DNA of 63,994 bases, the filler included, from Octopus bimaculoides (taxonomy: Eukaryota), in assembly GCF_001194135.2 (NCBI RefSeq). It is 6 parts of 6 records of this genome, joined end to end, with 100 filler letters (N's around TTAATTAATTAA, not from the genome) between each part and the next. Parts side by side here need not be neighbours in the genome. Positions count along the whole stretch, not along the records: positions 7,085 to 32,479 come from NC_068991.1; positions 32,580 to 45,606 come from NC_068981.1; 4 more parts are not named here. One strand, 5' to 3'. The notes beneath the pieces are model-generated. The model searched no databases and was not told the DNA's origin. It saw only the letters and a list, made by a program, of their open reading frames with translations. Each line of letters begins with the position of its first letter. Position 1 is the first letter of the stretch. Shown one piece after another: positions 26,823 through 38,914 of this stretch. Made by a program: the position numbers and the translations under genes.

Positions 26823-26873
<51 letters not shown>

Positions 26874-27224
26874 TTCTCTCACCCTGTCTTTCATTTTCAA
26901 TCTTTCTACAGCAAGTATACACTTTTTTACTTATCAATGTATATATGTGTGCCTGTATATATATATAATACACACACACACGCTTCATAAACTGTCCGGT
27001 GGATAGAACCAAATGAAATTTTCACTTTTGGCGCTGAGCCGTTTATTTTGTTGTTTTTGTTGTTGTTTGTAGTAACTGAGTTGTACGCTATTCAGAAATA
27101 CAATTACGTAAACTGCACTCTCATACTCATCAAAATCAACGCCAAGTAGATAAATACTATTTGGTTCAATCCACCTTTTTGCCCGAAGGTCATGATTTGT
27201 GATATGATACAATGCCTCATCAAC

Positions 27225-27385
27225 ACATATTGGCTTCAAATTTTGGCACAAGGCCGGCAATTCTGGAGCAGGTGTTAAGTCGAATACATGGACGCCAGTG
27301 CTCAACTGGTACTTATGTTATCGATGACCACGAAAGGATAACAGGCAAAGTCGACCTCGGCGGAATTTGAACTTAGAACTCACCA
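27225..27385 (-). mobile_element. Partial ATT-tail-family SINE
   Basis: ggtacttatgttatcga...aaggataacaggcaaagtcgacctcggcggaatttgaact, the reverse complement of the family core. Confidence 0.6.
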
Positions 27386-27636
27386 ACAAATATTAACAAG
27401 AAGCTTTAAGTGTTTTTCAACAGAAGCAATATAAAAGGCAATTATTGTATCCCACAAATATATAAAATAATTTCGTACCATAAGAATATAATCTCATAAC
27501 ACACTACCAATCGAACAATTCAAGGAGGGGATAAATGCAATTTCTGAAACACTGATTTGTGTACTTTGGATAACACATGTACGTGTAACTACATTTTATA
27601 TATATTAGATTAGGAGAGGAAGAGGAGGGGGAGGAG

Positions 27637-27941
27637 ACCCCTTTCGGTCATGAATGACCATGGGGTTGTATCTAGAAAGTTACCCTCTCAGGCACAAGTC
27701 CAGCAGACGCCCATGCATACCAGCTTCCCCTCTCCACGCCACCGATGTTATCCAAAGGAAAGGCAAAGGCTGATACAGCTTGGCACTAGTGACGTCGCAA
27801 CTCATTTCTACAGCTGAGTGAACTGGAGCAATGTGAAATAAAGTGTCTTGCTCAAGAACACAACACGCAGCCCGGTCCGGGAATCGAACTCACAACCTCA
27901 CGATCGTAAGCTCGACGCTCTAACCACTGAGTCATGTGCCT
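27637..27941 (-). mobile_element. Full-length tRNA-derived CORE-like SINE (module Y plus tail T2)
   Basis: Minus strand: A-box tcagtggttagagcg, B-box gagttcgattcc, ttgagcaagacactttatttcacattgctccag, then tail T2. Confidence 0.85.
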
Positions 27942-28434
27942 TCACAGATTAGTAGAACAAAAGAATATATAGTACCGTGATTTACAATGCCAAAACAAGA
28001 AACTCATTTAATAGCAGATATGACTAACATTTACATTTATTTTAAAATACAATATACCGTACAGTATATATACATACACAGGATGTCCACGAATTACATT
28101 TTGCAATTTGAAAAATTTGGTAAAAAAATAGGTATTACAGCTGATGTATGTAACCAATGAAGTAAGTAGTATTTTCTTTGAAATATATTGCTGATGCAAA
28201 TTCTCAATCGTTATCTATTGGTGCAAAGAAGCGTATAAGCTTCGAAATATGTAAATCAAAAGGAGGCAATGACAACATGATTTATCCATTAACGGCTCTG
28301 CGACTCTGCAGTCACGACGTCTGTGGCATGGAAATCCAAAGTGGTGCTGCCAAACTAACTAGGCATATAAGTATAATGAATTTTTAAGTTGGTGATGAGT
28401 AAATAACCGTGATTCAGAAATGGGTAATAATATT

Positions 28435-28552
28435 GATTTCAAATTCTGGTACAAGGTCAGCAAGTTCTAGGGAGGGGGTAAGTGGTCAACTGGTACTTAT
28501 TTTATCGACCCCGAAAGGCTGAAAGCTAAAGTCGATCTCGGTAGAATTTGAA
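28435..28552 (-). mobile_element. Partial ATT-tail-family SINE
   Basis: ggtacttattttatcgaccccgaaaggctgaaagctaaagtcgatctcggtagaatttgaa. Confidence 0.55.
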
Positions 28553-28980
28553 GGGCTCTGGGGAACGAATTCTCGATGTTCAGTACCACATTTCCAGGGT
28601 GACCCTCGTGGCAGGTCTTCCAGGGTCGTATTTCCGCTTTTGAAGCACTAATGCTACTCGAAACATTGCGTACGACCCATTGCTTTGTCGCCGTAAGCTT
28701 GTCGAAGCATGCTCAATGTCTCTGTAGCAGTCTCCCCAAGTTTAACGTAAAATTTCATGTTGACTCTTTGTTCCTATCCATGACAAAACTACAGACTACA
28801 GCATACACACGTGATCACAAAAACACAAATTTCACAACTTGCGAAGTAAACACAGCAATGTCACTTGGCACACTGTCTCATGAAGGTCACCGTTAGCTCT
28901 CACTACGCTTGCAACCGTATGCTGCCATCTGTTGGTGCGCTACAGAACTAATCCGGGAACGTTTAGATACTACCTTGTAA
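28553..28980 (-). mobile_element. Mariner-like element end
   Basis: Terminal ccgggaacgtttagatactaccttgta (reverse complement TA-CAAGGTAGTATCTAAACGTTCCCGG) resembles a mariner TIR. The internal part is not translatable with confidence. Confidence 0.45.
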
Positions 28981-29039
28981 TTTTCTATTTTTACTTGTTG
29001 GGTCAGTATCAAATGACTGAGTGCCCATGGCCTTTGCAA

Positions 29040-29680
29040 ATCCTCCTAAATCACTGAGAGTGATGTCAATAATGTTCATCTTGAATTTTCATTGGTCAAC
29101 ATCTGCAAGAAAGACATGAGCCAGGAAGGGATTGCAGAAGACCAGCGTTTGGTAATAAAGGACTAGGTGTCTTGATGTTTATGTGTGTGTGGGTTGTCGT
29201 GGCCTGAGGGTTTGGACGCCAAGATAATGGAGGAAGGAGCGATGAGTGGGATGGGAATGCTTAAATGGAAGTGGGTCAGCCCAGTTAAGTCTGAAGAGCA
29301 GAAGCCATTATAGCAACTGTAGAGAAAGGAGACGGCGCACTTGTTGTCCATAAGTTGGCGCATGTCACTATTAGTGACTTTATGCCAATCACTCGGGTGG
29401 TTGTTTTCTGGAACCGATATAGGATGTATGTGTGTGCAGCGGCAGTAGCACTGTTTCAGAAGCGAGAGCAACATTCAATTGAGCACATCACCCGAGCTTT
29501 GTAGAATATCAACAATTGTTAACTATTGGTGTCTGAAGTATCTGCTGGCGTTGAAGAAGGGCCAGTTGTTAAAATGAAATCCTAGCTATGTTAATGATGT
29601 GCTTTCGTCTCGAGAAAGCCTCGGTGATAGTGAGGGAGCCAACGATTGGAGCGATTGTGATGGAACTATCAGGCTGAGTA
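29040..29680 (-). mobile_element. Old CR1/Jockey-group LINE ORF2 C-terminal relic
   Basis: ORF 29163-29474 has KCAVSFLYSCYNGFCSSDLTGL, matching the LxxFYxxxxGxCSxxL post-RT motif of this group; heavily decayed. Confidence 0.5.
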
Positions 29681-29719
29681 AAAAGTAAGCAACGTTTTGA
29701 AACGTTTTGAAATTCATCA

Positions 29720-30300
29720 CAATATATTTCAAGAATGCAGAAATTTTATTCATCAAAGTAAGTATCATTACAATCAACACATTTTTGCCGACAAGTTACA
29801 AGTCTTCTAAATATCTTTTACATGTGGTGGGGCTTATTTTTCCCCATTCTTCTACACAAATTCTTTTTAATTCTGGTAAGTTACGTGGGTTTCTTTTTGA
29901 ACTCTGAGTTTCAATTCTTCCCACAAATTTTCGATTAGGTTAAGGTCTGGAGATTGAAATGGCCATTCCAGATCATTAATCCCATCTGTTTTCAGTCAAT
30001 TGTTGGTCGGCTTTGAATCGTTATCCTGTTGAAAGGCTCATCCTTGTTCCAAGTTTAGGGAGTAAGCGCTAGGTATTAAACATCTCTCTAAAATCCTCCT
30101 ATATTTTTCGCCATCCACATTGTTCCTTCGATTACTTCCATTCTTCCAACACCTGAAGAGCAAAAACAAGCCCATACCATTACTGATCCGCTTCCGAATT
30201 TGACTGTAGGGATTGTATTCTTTGGTCTACTACTAGCTGTTCTTGCAAGTAGTAGACCGGAGCGGACTAGAGGGAGAATGGAATTTGTCAACAATTACGT
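29720..30300 (-). mobile_element. Tc1 transposase relic (DDE region)
   Basis: PKNTIPTVKFGSGSVMVWACFCSSGVGRMEVIEGTM, then [44 protein letters not shown]. Confidence 0.85.
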
Positions 30301-31869
30301 ATTATAGTACCAACTGAACTCAGGGGTACATTAAGCTGTGTAGAGACCTTTCTGTACCAATTGCCACTCTTATGAAGGTCAACAATACACTCACGGGAGT
30401 CGTGACTAATTTGTTTATTTTTACCCATGAAGATGATGTTCACTCTACAGTGATATTGTCAGAACTGATGCAATGGCTATAAATGCTCACAAACGAAACT
30501 TGTTGAATTTTTTAGAACACTGTAGATATTTTGAAAAAAAAAAAAAAAACCCCAAAAAATCATTTTTATTCAAAATATCAGGAAAATTATTCAATTGAGT
30601 TAAATGTGTTGTAAACTTTTGCGTTTTGAAGTTCAACTTTTTTTTCCACATAAAATTTTTTCTGTTCATTATTATGTATTTGATNNNNNNNNNNNNNNNN
30701 NNNNNNNNNNNNNNNNNNNNNNNNNNNNNNNNNNNNNNNNNNNNNNNNNNNNNNNNNNNNNNNNNNNNNNNNNNNNNNNNNNNNNNNNNNNNNNNNNNNN
30801 NNNNNNNNNNNNNNNNNNNNNNNNNNNNNNNNNNNNNNNNNNNNNNNNNNNNNNNNNNNNNNNNNNNNNNNNNNNNNNNNNNNNNNNNNNNNNNNNNNNN
30901 NNNNNNNNNNNNNNNNNNNNNNNNNNNNNNNNNNNNNNNNNNNNNNNNNNNNNNNNNNNNNNNNNNNNNNNNNNNNNNNNNNNNNNNNNNNNNNNNNNNN
31001 NNNNNNNNNNNNNNNNNNNNNNNNNNNNNNNNNNNNNNNNNNNNNNNNNNNNNNNNNNNNNNNNNNNNNNNNNNNNNNNNNNNNNNNNNNNNNNNNNNNN
31101 NNNNNNNNNNNNNNNNNNNNNNNNNNNNNNNNNNNNNNNNNNNNNNNNNNNNNNNNNNNNNNNNNNNNNNNNNNNNNNNNNNNNNNNNNNNNNNNNNNNN
31201 NNNNNNNNNNNNNNNNNNNNNNNNNNNNNNNNNNNNNNNNNNNNNNNNNNNNNNNNNNNNNNNNNNNNNNNNNNNNNNNNNNNNNNNNNNNNNNNNNNNN
31301 NNNNNNNNNNNNNNNNNNNNNNNNNNNNNNNNNNNNNNNNNNNNNNNNNNNNNNNNNNNNNNNNNNNNNNNNNNNNNNNNNNNNNNNNNNNNNNNNNNNN
31401 NNNNNNNNNNNNNNNNNNNNNNNNNNNNNNNNNNNNNNNNNNNNNNNNNNNNNNNNNNNNNNNNNNNNNNNNNNNNNNNNNNNNNNNNNNNNNNNNNNNN
31501 NNNNNNNNNNNNNNNNNNNNNNNNNNNNNNNNNNNNNNNNNNNNNNNNNNNNNNNNNNNNNNNNNNNNNNNNNNNNNNNNNNNNNNNNNNNNNNNNNNNN
31601 NNNNNNNNNNNNNNNNNNNNNNNNNNNNNNNNNNNNNNNNNNNNNNNNNNNNNNNNNNNNTGGTGGTGGTGGTGGTGGTGGTGGTGGCATTGGTGTTGGT
31701 TCTTGGTAATGATGATGGTGGTGATGATGATGATATTCCTGTTGTTTGTTGGTAGTGGTGATTGTTGTTGTTGGAGGTGTCGGTGTTATCAAGGATAGTG
31801 AAGGCGGTGGATGTATTGATCGATCCAGTGGCAATATAGTTGTTATTGTGTCGTGGTTAATGTTTGTGT

Positions 31870-32270
31870 TGCTGTTTAGCCCCAGGTCAACCTTAACAAG
31901 TATTCCGGTCGTGACCACCACGTCCGTTAGAAGTATGTCGGACTCCATTATCTAATGTGTTCCCCACCAATCTTACATAAAACCGTTTTGTGCGATTTGA
32001 CGGTGATTTTGGCTGTTATATTTAGCAGGCCATGTGACCACATAGAGGCACCGTCGTCGGCTCTTCTTACAGTAATAGCTATTATTGATAAAACTGTTTA
32101 GCTCCTGGTTAACAATGATGGAACTGACTCATTGTTAAGACGTTCCGGCTATGACCATCTCGTCCCGCCTTCGCTATTGCTGATGTCGTAAGAGGTGTTA
32201 TCGAGTACATCATTCTTGAGGGAATTCGGTTGCTATTTCTGGCATATCGAGCGACCACGTATAGGTTCCT
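31870..32270 (+). repeat. Two degenerate copies of an interspersed repeat
   Basis: ttccggtcgtgacca...ttggctgttatatttagcaggccatgtgaccacatagaggc (31900-32050) resembles ttccggctatgacca...ggttgctatttctggcatatcgagcgaccacgtataggt (32144-32270). Confidence 0.4.
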
Positions 32271-32347
32271 TCATTGATTTGTACTTGTTGTTACTGGCTG
32301 ACAGCAGCAGCAGGGGCAGCAGCAGCAGCAGCAGCAGTAGCAGTAGC

Positions 32348-32384
<37 letters not shown>

Positions 32385-32479
32385 ATGTAGATGGTGATGG
32401 GTGTGGTGGTGGTAGTAGTAGTAGTAGTAGTCATGGTGGTGGTGGTGGTGGTGGTGGTAGTAGTAGTAGTAGTAGTGAT

Positions 32480-32579
32480 NNNNNNNNNNNNNNNNNNNNN
32501 NNNNNNNNNNNNNNNNNNNNNNNTTAATTAATTAANNNNNNNNNNNNNNNNNNNNNNNNNNNNNNNNNNNNNNNNNNNN
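32480..32579. other. Artificial scaffold spacer N44-TTAATTAATTAA-N44
   Basis: 12-mer at 32524-32535 inside a 100-bp block. Confidence 0.95.
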
Positions 32580-32650
32580 AATCAATAACCTCACGATATT
32601 GTATACTGTGCGACGTCAATAATGATAATAACAATAATAATAATAATGAT

Positions 32651-33106
32651 AATCCTTTTTATTATAGGTACAAGGACTGAAATTTGGGGGAATGGATTAA
32701 ATCCATTATATCGTACCCCAGTGCGTAACTGGTACTTATTTAATCGACCCCCGAAAGGATGAAAGGCAAAGTCGACCTCGGCGGAATTTCATCTCAGAAC
32801 GTAGCGGCAGACGAAATACCACTCGGCATTTCGCCCGGCGTGCTAACGATTCTGCCAGCTCGCCGCCTTAAAATAAATGATAATAATAATCCTTTCTATC
32901 ATGGGCACAAGGCCTGGATTTTTGTTGGGAGGAGGACAATCGATCACATCGACCTCAGTACTTGACTGGTACTTAATATATCAACCCCGAAAGGATGAAA
33001 GGCAAGGTCGATCTCGGCGGAATTAGAACTCAGAACGCAAAGACAGACGAAATACCGCTAAACATTTCGCCTGGCGTGCTAACGTTTCTGCCAGCTCGCT
33101 GCCTTA
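32651..33106 (-). mobile_element. Two head-to-tail ATT-tail-family SINEs inside (AAT)n
   Basis: Copies at about 32651-32870 and 32888-33106, separated and flanked by AAT repeats (32617-32650, 32876-32890, 33107-33220). Confidence 0.85.
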
Positions 33107-33121
33107 CATAATAATAACAAC

Positions 33122-33204
<83 letters not shown>

Positions 33205-34461
33205 TAACAATAACAATAACAAGGTGGCCTTTTCTACATTTGCACTTAGTAAATTGCAATCTGCTGTGTCTTTCGAAATTAATATGGCACCAATGTGATG
33301 GTTTGGAGTGAAAACAATGATTTTATTTGTACATACCAGTTTTAAAAAAGAAAGAAATCCGCACAGACACTAAATTTTTTTCCTCACATTGTATAAGTAA
33401 AACATATAAATTGCTATATCCGGTCCTTTTTTCTGTCATCTTCATATTTTACAATATTTATGGAAAGGAAGCATAATCTCAAATTAGTATGCGCTCAAGC
33501 TCAAATTCGCGGCCTCCACATCAGACTGTGGTTGGTAGAGAGAATATGCTGAGGCCTTCATCTCGCAGTGGACAGAACATAGGCAATCCAATCCAACCCA
33601 AAACGGAAAGCAAGTATTTATTTCGCAATTTATTCAGTAAGCATTCGGCTTTCAGAAGAAAATCAGGGAATGTGTTTGAAAACGATTTCGATGCTTAAGA
33701 CATAGTTGAACAAATAGGGTTAAGATTCAAAAATTACATCAGCAAGGAAATTGGATCATTGTTCCTTCTTTCATGTAATATTTTCGATTCGCCGTTTATA
33801 ATATATTTGATTACCGTCTGCATAATAGCATTTCTTTTCTAAACACCATTAATTAACTGGAAAATTATTGAAAATGATATATATTTTCTTTATTTAGTTT
33901 CATGAACCGTTCTGCACCAATTCATAAACAAATATCTTAATATGAGATAAAATTAAGCATTTTAGTGTAAACTGTGTTAACCCTTCTAAACTTTACTTGA
34001 ACTGGGAGAGAAACGTGTCTGTGTTCAGTGGTATCAATATCAGATAGAAATGTAATGAGAAATATTTTGATCGTAGTTGAGAATTAGGTTTTTGCTTAAC
34101 TTACAGTTTTGGTTTTTATTGGTATAAGACATGGCTGACGAATTCTAGTAAAAAGAAATACTAAAAACGGAGGACAAAAGACTGACGACGATATTTGAAT
34201 CGAGGACTATACATACGTTCATGAAATATATACTCCTATCAAAAGGGTCAACTGACAACGAGAGAGCATTTAATGTAACTCCATATATAACTTGAAAAGC
34301 TGGGATGATCACAGCTGGAAAGCTTTTAGCCACTGATCTATTCCATCAGGCTTGATCTGAGATTAAATAACAACAGCAACTAGCACAAGTGCCATTCTTG
34401 AGTTTTCCTAAGTTTTCAAGTTATGGATTTTAGCGAAATCAAATTAGCGCTGGATTAAATG

Positions 34462-34493
<32 letters not shown>

Positions 34494-34869
34494 GCCTCTT
34501 TTTTTTTCCATAGCTTAATCAGTGAGGAAAACACAGCGTCCATGACTTTTTTCAAGATTCAAGGAGCTGATCAACTCAAAATTATAGCAGAAGACACCGA
34601 ACGTTCCTTATGATGGTCTTGAACCAAAAATTAGTAAGTTCTGAAACAAATCTCAGAACTACAGATCCCTGTAAATGGTTGAAAATAAAATACAATAAAA
34701 TGTTTAAATGATAGAGAACTAATAGAGAAGTACTTAAGGTTACTTATGATAAATACAATATTTGTTATTATCATAGCTATAATGGATAATAATATGGATA
34801 ATTATAACTTCAATAGAGATGGAGTAGCAAAGTTTGTAGATTATCGAACACAATGACTAATATAAATAT

Positions 34870-35075
34870 ATGGGAGAATTTACGAACAAAAACAACAGAC
34901 GAAGACAGGTGGTGTAAACAACAAATGGATGTATTAGTTTAACGCTTGAGAATAGAGAAAGTCTTTGACGTTTCGAGCCTACGCTCTTCAACTGAAAGGA
35001 ACACAGAAAGAAATAAGGAGAGAAACAAGGAAAAAAGATATAAATGTAGTGGTCAGCGATCTATCATGGCGATAT
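34870..35075 (-). mobile_element. Repeat carrying a minimal hammerhead-like motif, possible Penelope pseudo-LTR
   Basis: Minus strand: TTGAAGA-GCGTAGGCTC-GAAAC-GTC (34991-34967). Confidence 0.35.
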
Positions 35076-35322
35076 ACATACACATATACACACAGTGTCC
35101 TCTTAAGCTTTGAATCACTAGGTCTGATAAGATAGTCCATAAATCAGAACCAAAAGAATAAATAAAATCAGTGACAGTTAAACATCTGCTTAGAATTTAA
35201 AGCTGAAACAAGTTAAAGAGTATATATGTTAAAACAAAACCTGGAACGCCTAGTATACTTTGAAGTCAATGTTACACGTGTTCCATTAGAGTACAGGGAA
35301 AACATTATGAATATAACTATTA

Positions 35323-35391
<69 letters not shown>

Positions 35392-35622
35392 TAAATATAA
35401 TAAATTCTTAATGTGTGTGTGTATGTATGTCTGTAGAAAACATGTATAGGATCTCCTATACGTAATTCTCCAGACAGATTCACAAATACTTGTACAGGTT
35501 ATGTATTATATAAATAACGGTTACATGAAGGATATTTAATGGTCACATTATGTGGGTTAAAAAGTTCTTTTCGCAAACAAGAAGAAAATGGAGATTATGA
35601 AGTTGATAATTGTTTATTATTA

Positions 35623-35834
35623 ACAGCAAATTGGTCATCTTCACTTACAGCCGTTTCTATTAATGCTCAACAAGTATTAAGTTTACATTTATGTGACATA
35701 TGCATAATATCATCAGAGGGGAAAAGATGTACCTTTGGATGCTCTTTGTGTGTTTGTGAATCCAGTTTAAATGTAAATTTAATGTTTATTGTGTCAATAG
35801 AAACGGCTGTAAGTGAAGATGACCTATTTGCTGT
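35623..35834. repeat. Long imperfect inverted repeat (~70-bp arms, ~75-bp loop)
   Basis: 35623-35661 versus 35796-35834 are complementary over 39 bp with 1 mismatch; the match continues inward (aacaagtattaagtttacattta versus aataaacattaaatttacattta). Confidence 0.8.
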
Positions 35835-36139
35835 AAATGATNNNNNNNNNNNNNNNNNNNNNNNNNNNNNNNNNNNNNNNNNNNNNNNNNNNNNNNNNNN
35901 NNNNNNNNNNNNNNNNNNNNNNNNNNNNNNNNNNNNNNNNNNNNNNNNNNNNNNNNNNNNNNNNNNNNNNNNNNNNNNNNNNNNNNNNNNNNNNNNNNNN
36001 NNNNNNNNNNNNNNNNNNNNNNNNNNNNNNNNNNNNNNNNNNNNNNNNNNNNNNNNNNNNNNNNNNNNNNNNNNNNNNNNNNNNNNNNNNNNNNNNNNAT
36101 ATATATATATATATATAAGTGAAAAACTGTATAGCAAAA

Positions 36140-36410
36140 GCACAATCGAAAGATAGACACAGAAGGTCCCAAGTTTCTCATCGGTTATCGACCAGAGGGT
36201 GTGACACAACTTCGTGTCTTCGTATCTTTCTGTATATGATGGGCTTCCACACAGTTTCCGTTTGCTAAATTCTCTCACGAGATATTGGTCGTCCCGACAC
36301 TATATTAAAAGACACCTGTTCACGGTACCGTGCAGTGAAACTGAACCCGAAAACACATGGTTTCAAATCTCACATTTTAACCTCACAACTATGTCTGCAC
36401 CTATTACATA
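36140..36410 (-). mobile_element. Old internal-microsatellite-family SINE copy
   Basis: Decayed match: cagtttccgtttgctaaattc, aagacacctg, cagtgaaactgaacccgaaaacacatgg. Confidence 0.45.
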
Positions 36411-36633
36411 TATCTAATTATGATTGTGCTAAATCAGGAATGGATATAACTTCCATAATAGGCGTGATAGTCACGGGAGGTAAGCCGGTAGTCATGGCTC
36501 ATCGGGTTGATATGGAGCAAAATTGTAACATTAATAGACAAATGCTATTTCTTGAATTTTCCAATTTTACATGATATAAAATTTAGTAAAATCAAACTTT
36601 TGCTAAATTTAAAATTCATTTATTTTCTTTACT

Positions 36634-37115
36634 TCTGTACAGTAAAGATCCTCTATTCTTCAGTAAAAATCCTCTACTCTTCAGTAAAGACCTACAACTG
36701 TAAGGCAAAAATCCACAACTGTACAATAAAGACCCATTCCTGAGCAGTAAAGACAAAAACTGTACTGTAAAGATCCACATCTGCACAGTAAAGACCAACA
36801 ACTGTACAGTAATGAACCCCTACTGTTCAGTAAAGACACATTACTATAATTAAAGAACCACAACTGTTCTATCAAAATCTACAACTGTACGGTAAAGACC
36901 CACTACTGTACTGCAAAGACCCAGTACATTAAAGACCCACTGCTGTAAGGTAAAAATCTGTTACTGTACCGCAAAGATCCTCTACTGTACAATAAAGACT
37001 TACTACTGTGATGTAAAGACCCATTGCTGTAGTGTAATGACCCACAACTGTACCATTAAGGCCCACTACGGTACTGCAAGGACCCACTACTGTACAGTAA
37101 AGACCCATAACTGAC
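36634..37115. repeat. Degenerate 21-bp minisatellite, ~22 units (consensus CTGTACAGTAAAGACCCACTA)
   Basis: GACCC recurs at 37081 and 37102; 7-aa periodicity in ORFs 36929-37117 (GLYCTVV) and 36507-36743 (CTVKILY). Confidence 0.85.
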
Positions 37116-37724
37116 ATAACATAAATGTCTATTCGACTTAAGTTTGCATTGATTTAACCAAGAAGTATATAAAAAATCAGATCTCATCTCGGGCTTGTAA
37201 TCAATTCGTACTAACACTACTTTTCTACCTCTTTTGAAGTCAAGTATTAAACATTCTCTCGGGATGGATTCTATTTAATCATTTAAATATGATTTAATTT
37301 TAGCTCTCATAAAAATTATTTATAAATAACCACTTATGTATTTAATTATAATTATGCCACTTTCCAATACAATTTTCTTAACATTAAGGTCAGCCTCAAT
37401 TACTTCATACATTTTTTAGGTTTCTCTGATTGGTGTGAATGTTCTATTTTACAAAGCGATTTCCATAGAATGTATATCATGACTCATGAACAGGCAGAAT
37501 CGTTAGAGCGTTGGCAAAACTGCTGAAATTAACTTTGCTTTCATCATACGGGGTTGATAAAATAAAGTATCAGTTAAGAACTTGAGTCGATTTAATTAAC
37601 TATGCTCTCTTGCAGTCAAATACCTGGCCTTGTGCCTATGCTAGGAACCATAATGATCGTTGCTGAAACAACAGATACGATAACGATATGGTTTTCAAAT
37701 TGTACTATTTAATGCCATAAAATG

Positions 37725-37850
37725 TGGAGGGACAAGGTCTAGTGGTTAGAGCAGCGGACTCGCAGTCGAAGGATCGCGGGTCCGAATCTCAGACCGGGTG
37801 ATGTGTGTGTTTATGAGTGAAACACCTAAGCTCCACGCGGCAGAAAATGG
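37725..37850 (+). mobile_element. 5' half of a tRNA-derived SINE (head plus module X)
   Basis: ggtctagtggttagagcagcggactcgc...gatcgcgggtccgaatctc...aaacacctaagctccacg; same head as 62636-62930. Confidence 0.7.
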
Positions 37851-38883
37851 AAAAAGCAGGAAATGGAAAAAAGTTTTGATCAACGAACAAATTGACCTAC
37901 ATCGGTTAACTATTTTTTAATACAAAACTTAACATTGCTTACGGCCGTTTCGGCTGCCAATGTCAGTCGGTGCCTACAAAGAAAATTCCGAAAATAATAT
38001 TTGTCATCTTTATAGTACATTCGATCTAGTACATGGAGCTTCATCAGAGTGAATACAAATACATAAAATAAAAGAAAGGAAGAGGGGTGAGGAAAGAACG
38101 GGGCAGCGAGATGAGGTATGAAGGCTCAATATATTAGAATCATACCATTTTGCAGTGTGAAGCTTGAAATCGATGGGCGAAAGAGTAAACTAGCAAATAA
38201 TCTAGAGAAATAATTTGTGGGTTACTTCTTCTTATAGGGGTACCAGGGTGTATAAATAGCAGCAAAATAAAACTAGTGTTAAAGTAAAACAGGAATCGCC
38301 AATAAGTCTAGAAAAAGAATAGTACTTGTGATTTCGTAAATAGAACTAATTAATATTTATCCAAAAACAAACCCATAAAGTTTTTATAATAGTGTACATA
38401 CTGAAATATTCTAGAAACCAACCACCTGTTGCCCGTAATGGAATTGACCAAAGTCCAGCCATCTCTACAATTGGTCAATTATATTTAAAACCAAGGGCAA
38501 GCAAAGACCGTTACAGGGGTACACATAAATAAAGTAAATAAACCAGTAAATAAAAGGTGTGGGGTAGAAGGCTATGTCATAAGTGGCACGAGGCCGCTTA
38601 TGCCCTTCTAAACCATCTCAACATAAAATAAAATTAAAACAAAAATGAAAATATTAATAAAAAACAAATACTAGCAACCATACGGCAATAACTTTCTGAC
38701 ACTTAAGGGAAGATTACTGTTAGGAGAGGTGGTTACTAGTGGATTTACCTTCGAAATATAATGCTAAATCTGACATCTTAAATAGCCAGCTATATCGAAG
38801 TGTTGGCTATACTAGACGAATAAGTAAATATATATATATATATAAATTAATTTAAATAAAGATGTATTACCGTTATTAAGGAT

Positions 38884-38914
<31 letters not shown>

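Noticed and set aside
27900-27941. tRNA-like A/B boxes (also 7950-7997, 37725-37790, 62860-62930, 63475-63540)
   Set aside because: Each runs into SINE body modules and lacks a complete acceptor stem; these are SINE heads, not tRNA genes.
37940-38050. Two hammerhead-like fragments on the minus strand (CTGATGA...GAAT-GTA; CTGACAT...GAAAC)
   Set aside because: Core nucleotides are altered and no helix I pairing is found. At most decayed PLE-type motifs.
38565-38610. 46-nt hairpin with a G.U pair (CATAAGTGGC-ACGAG-GCCGCTTATG plus an outer 7 bp)
   Set aside because: Short and bulged, with no recognisable RNA family motif or supporting context.
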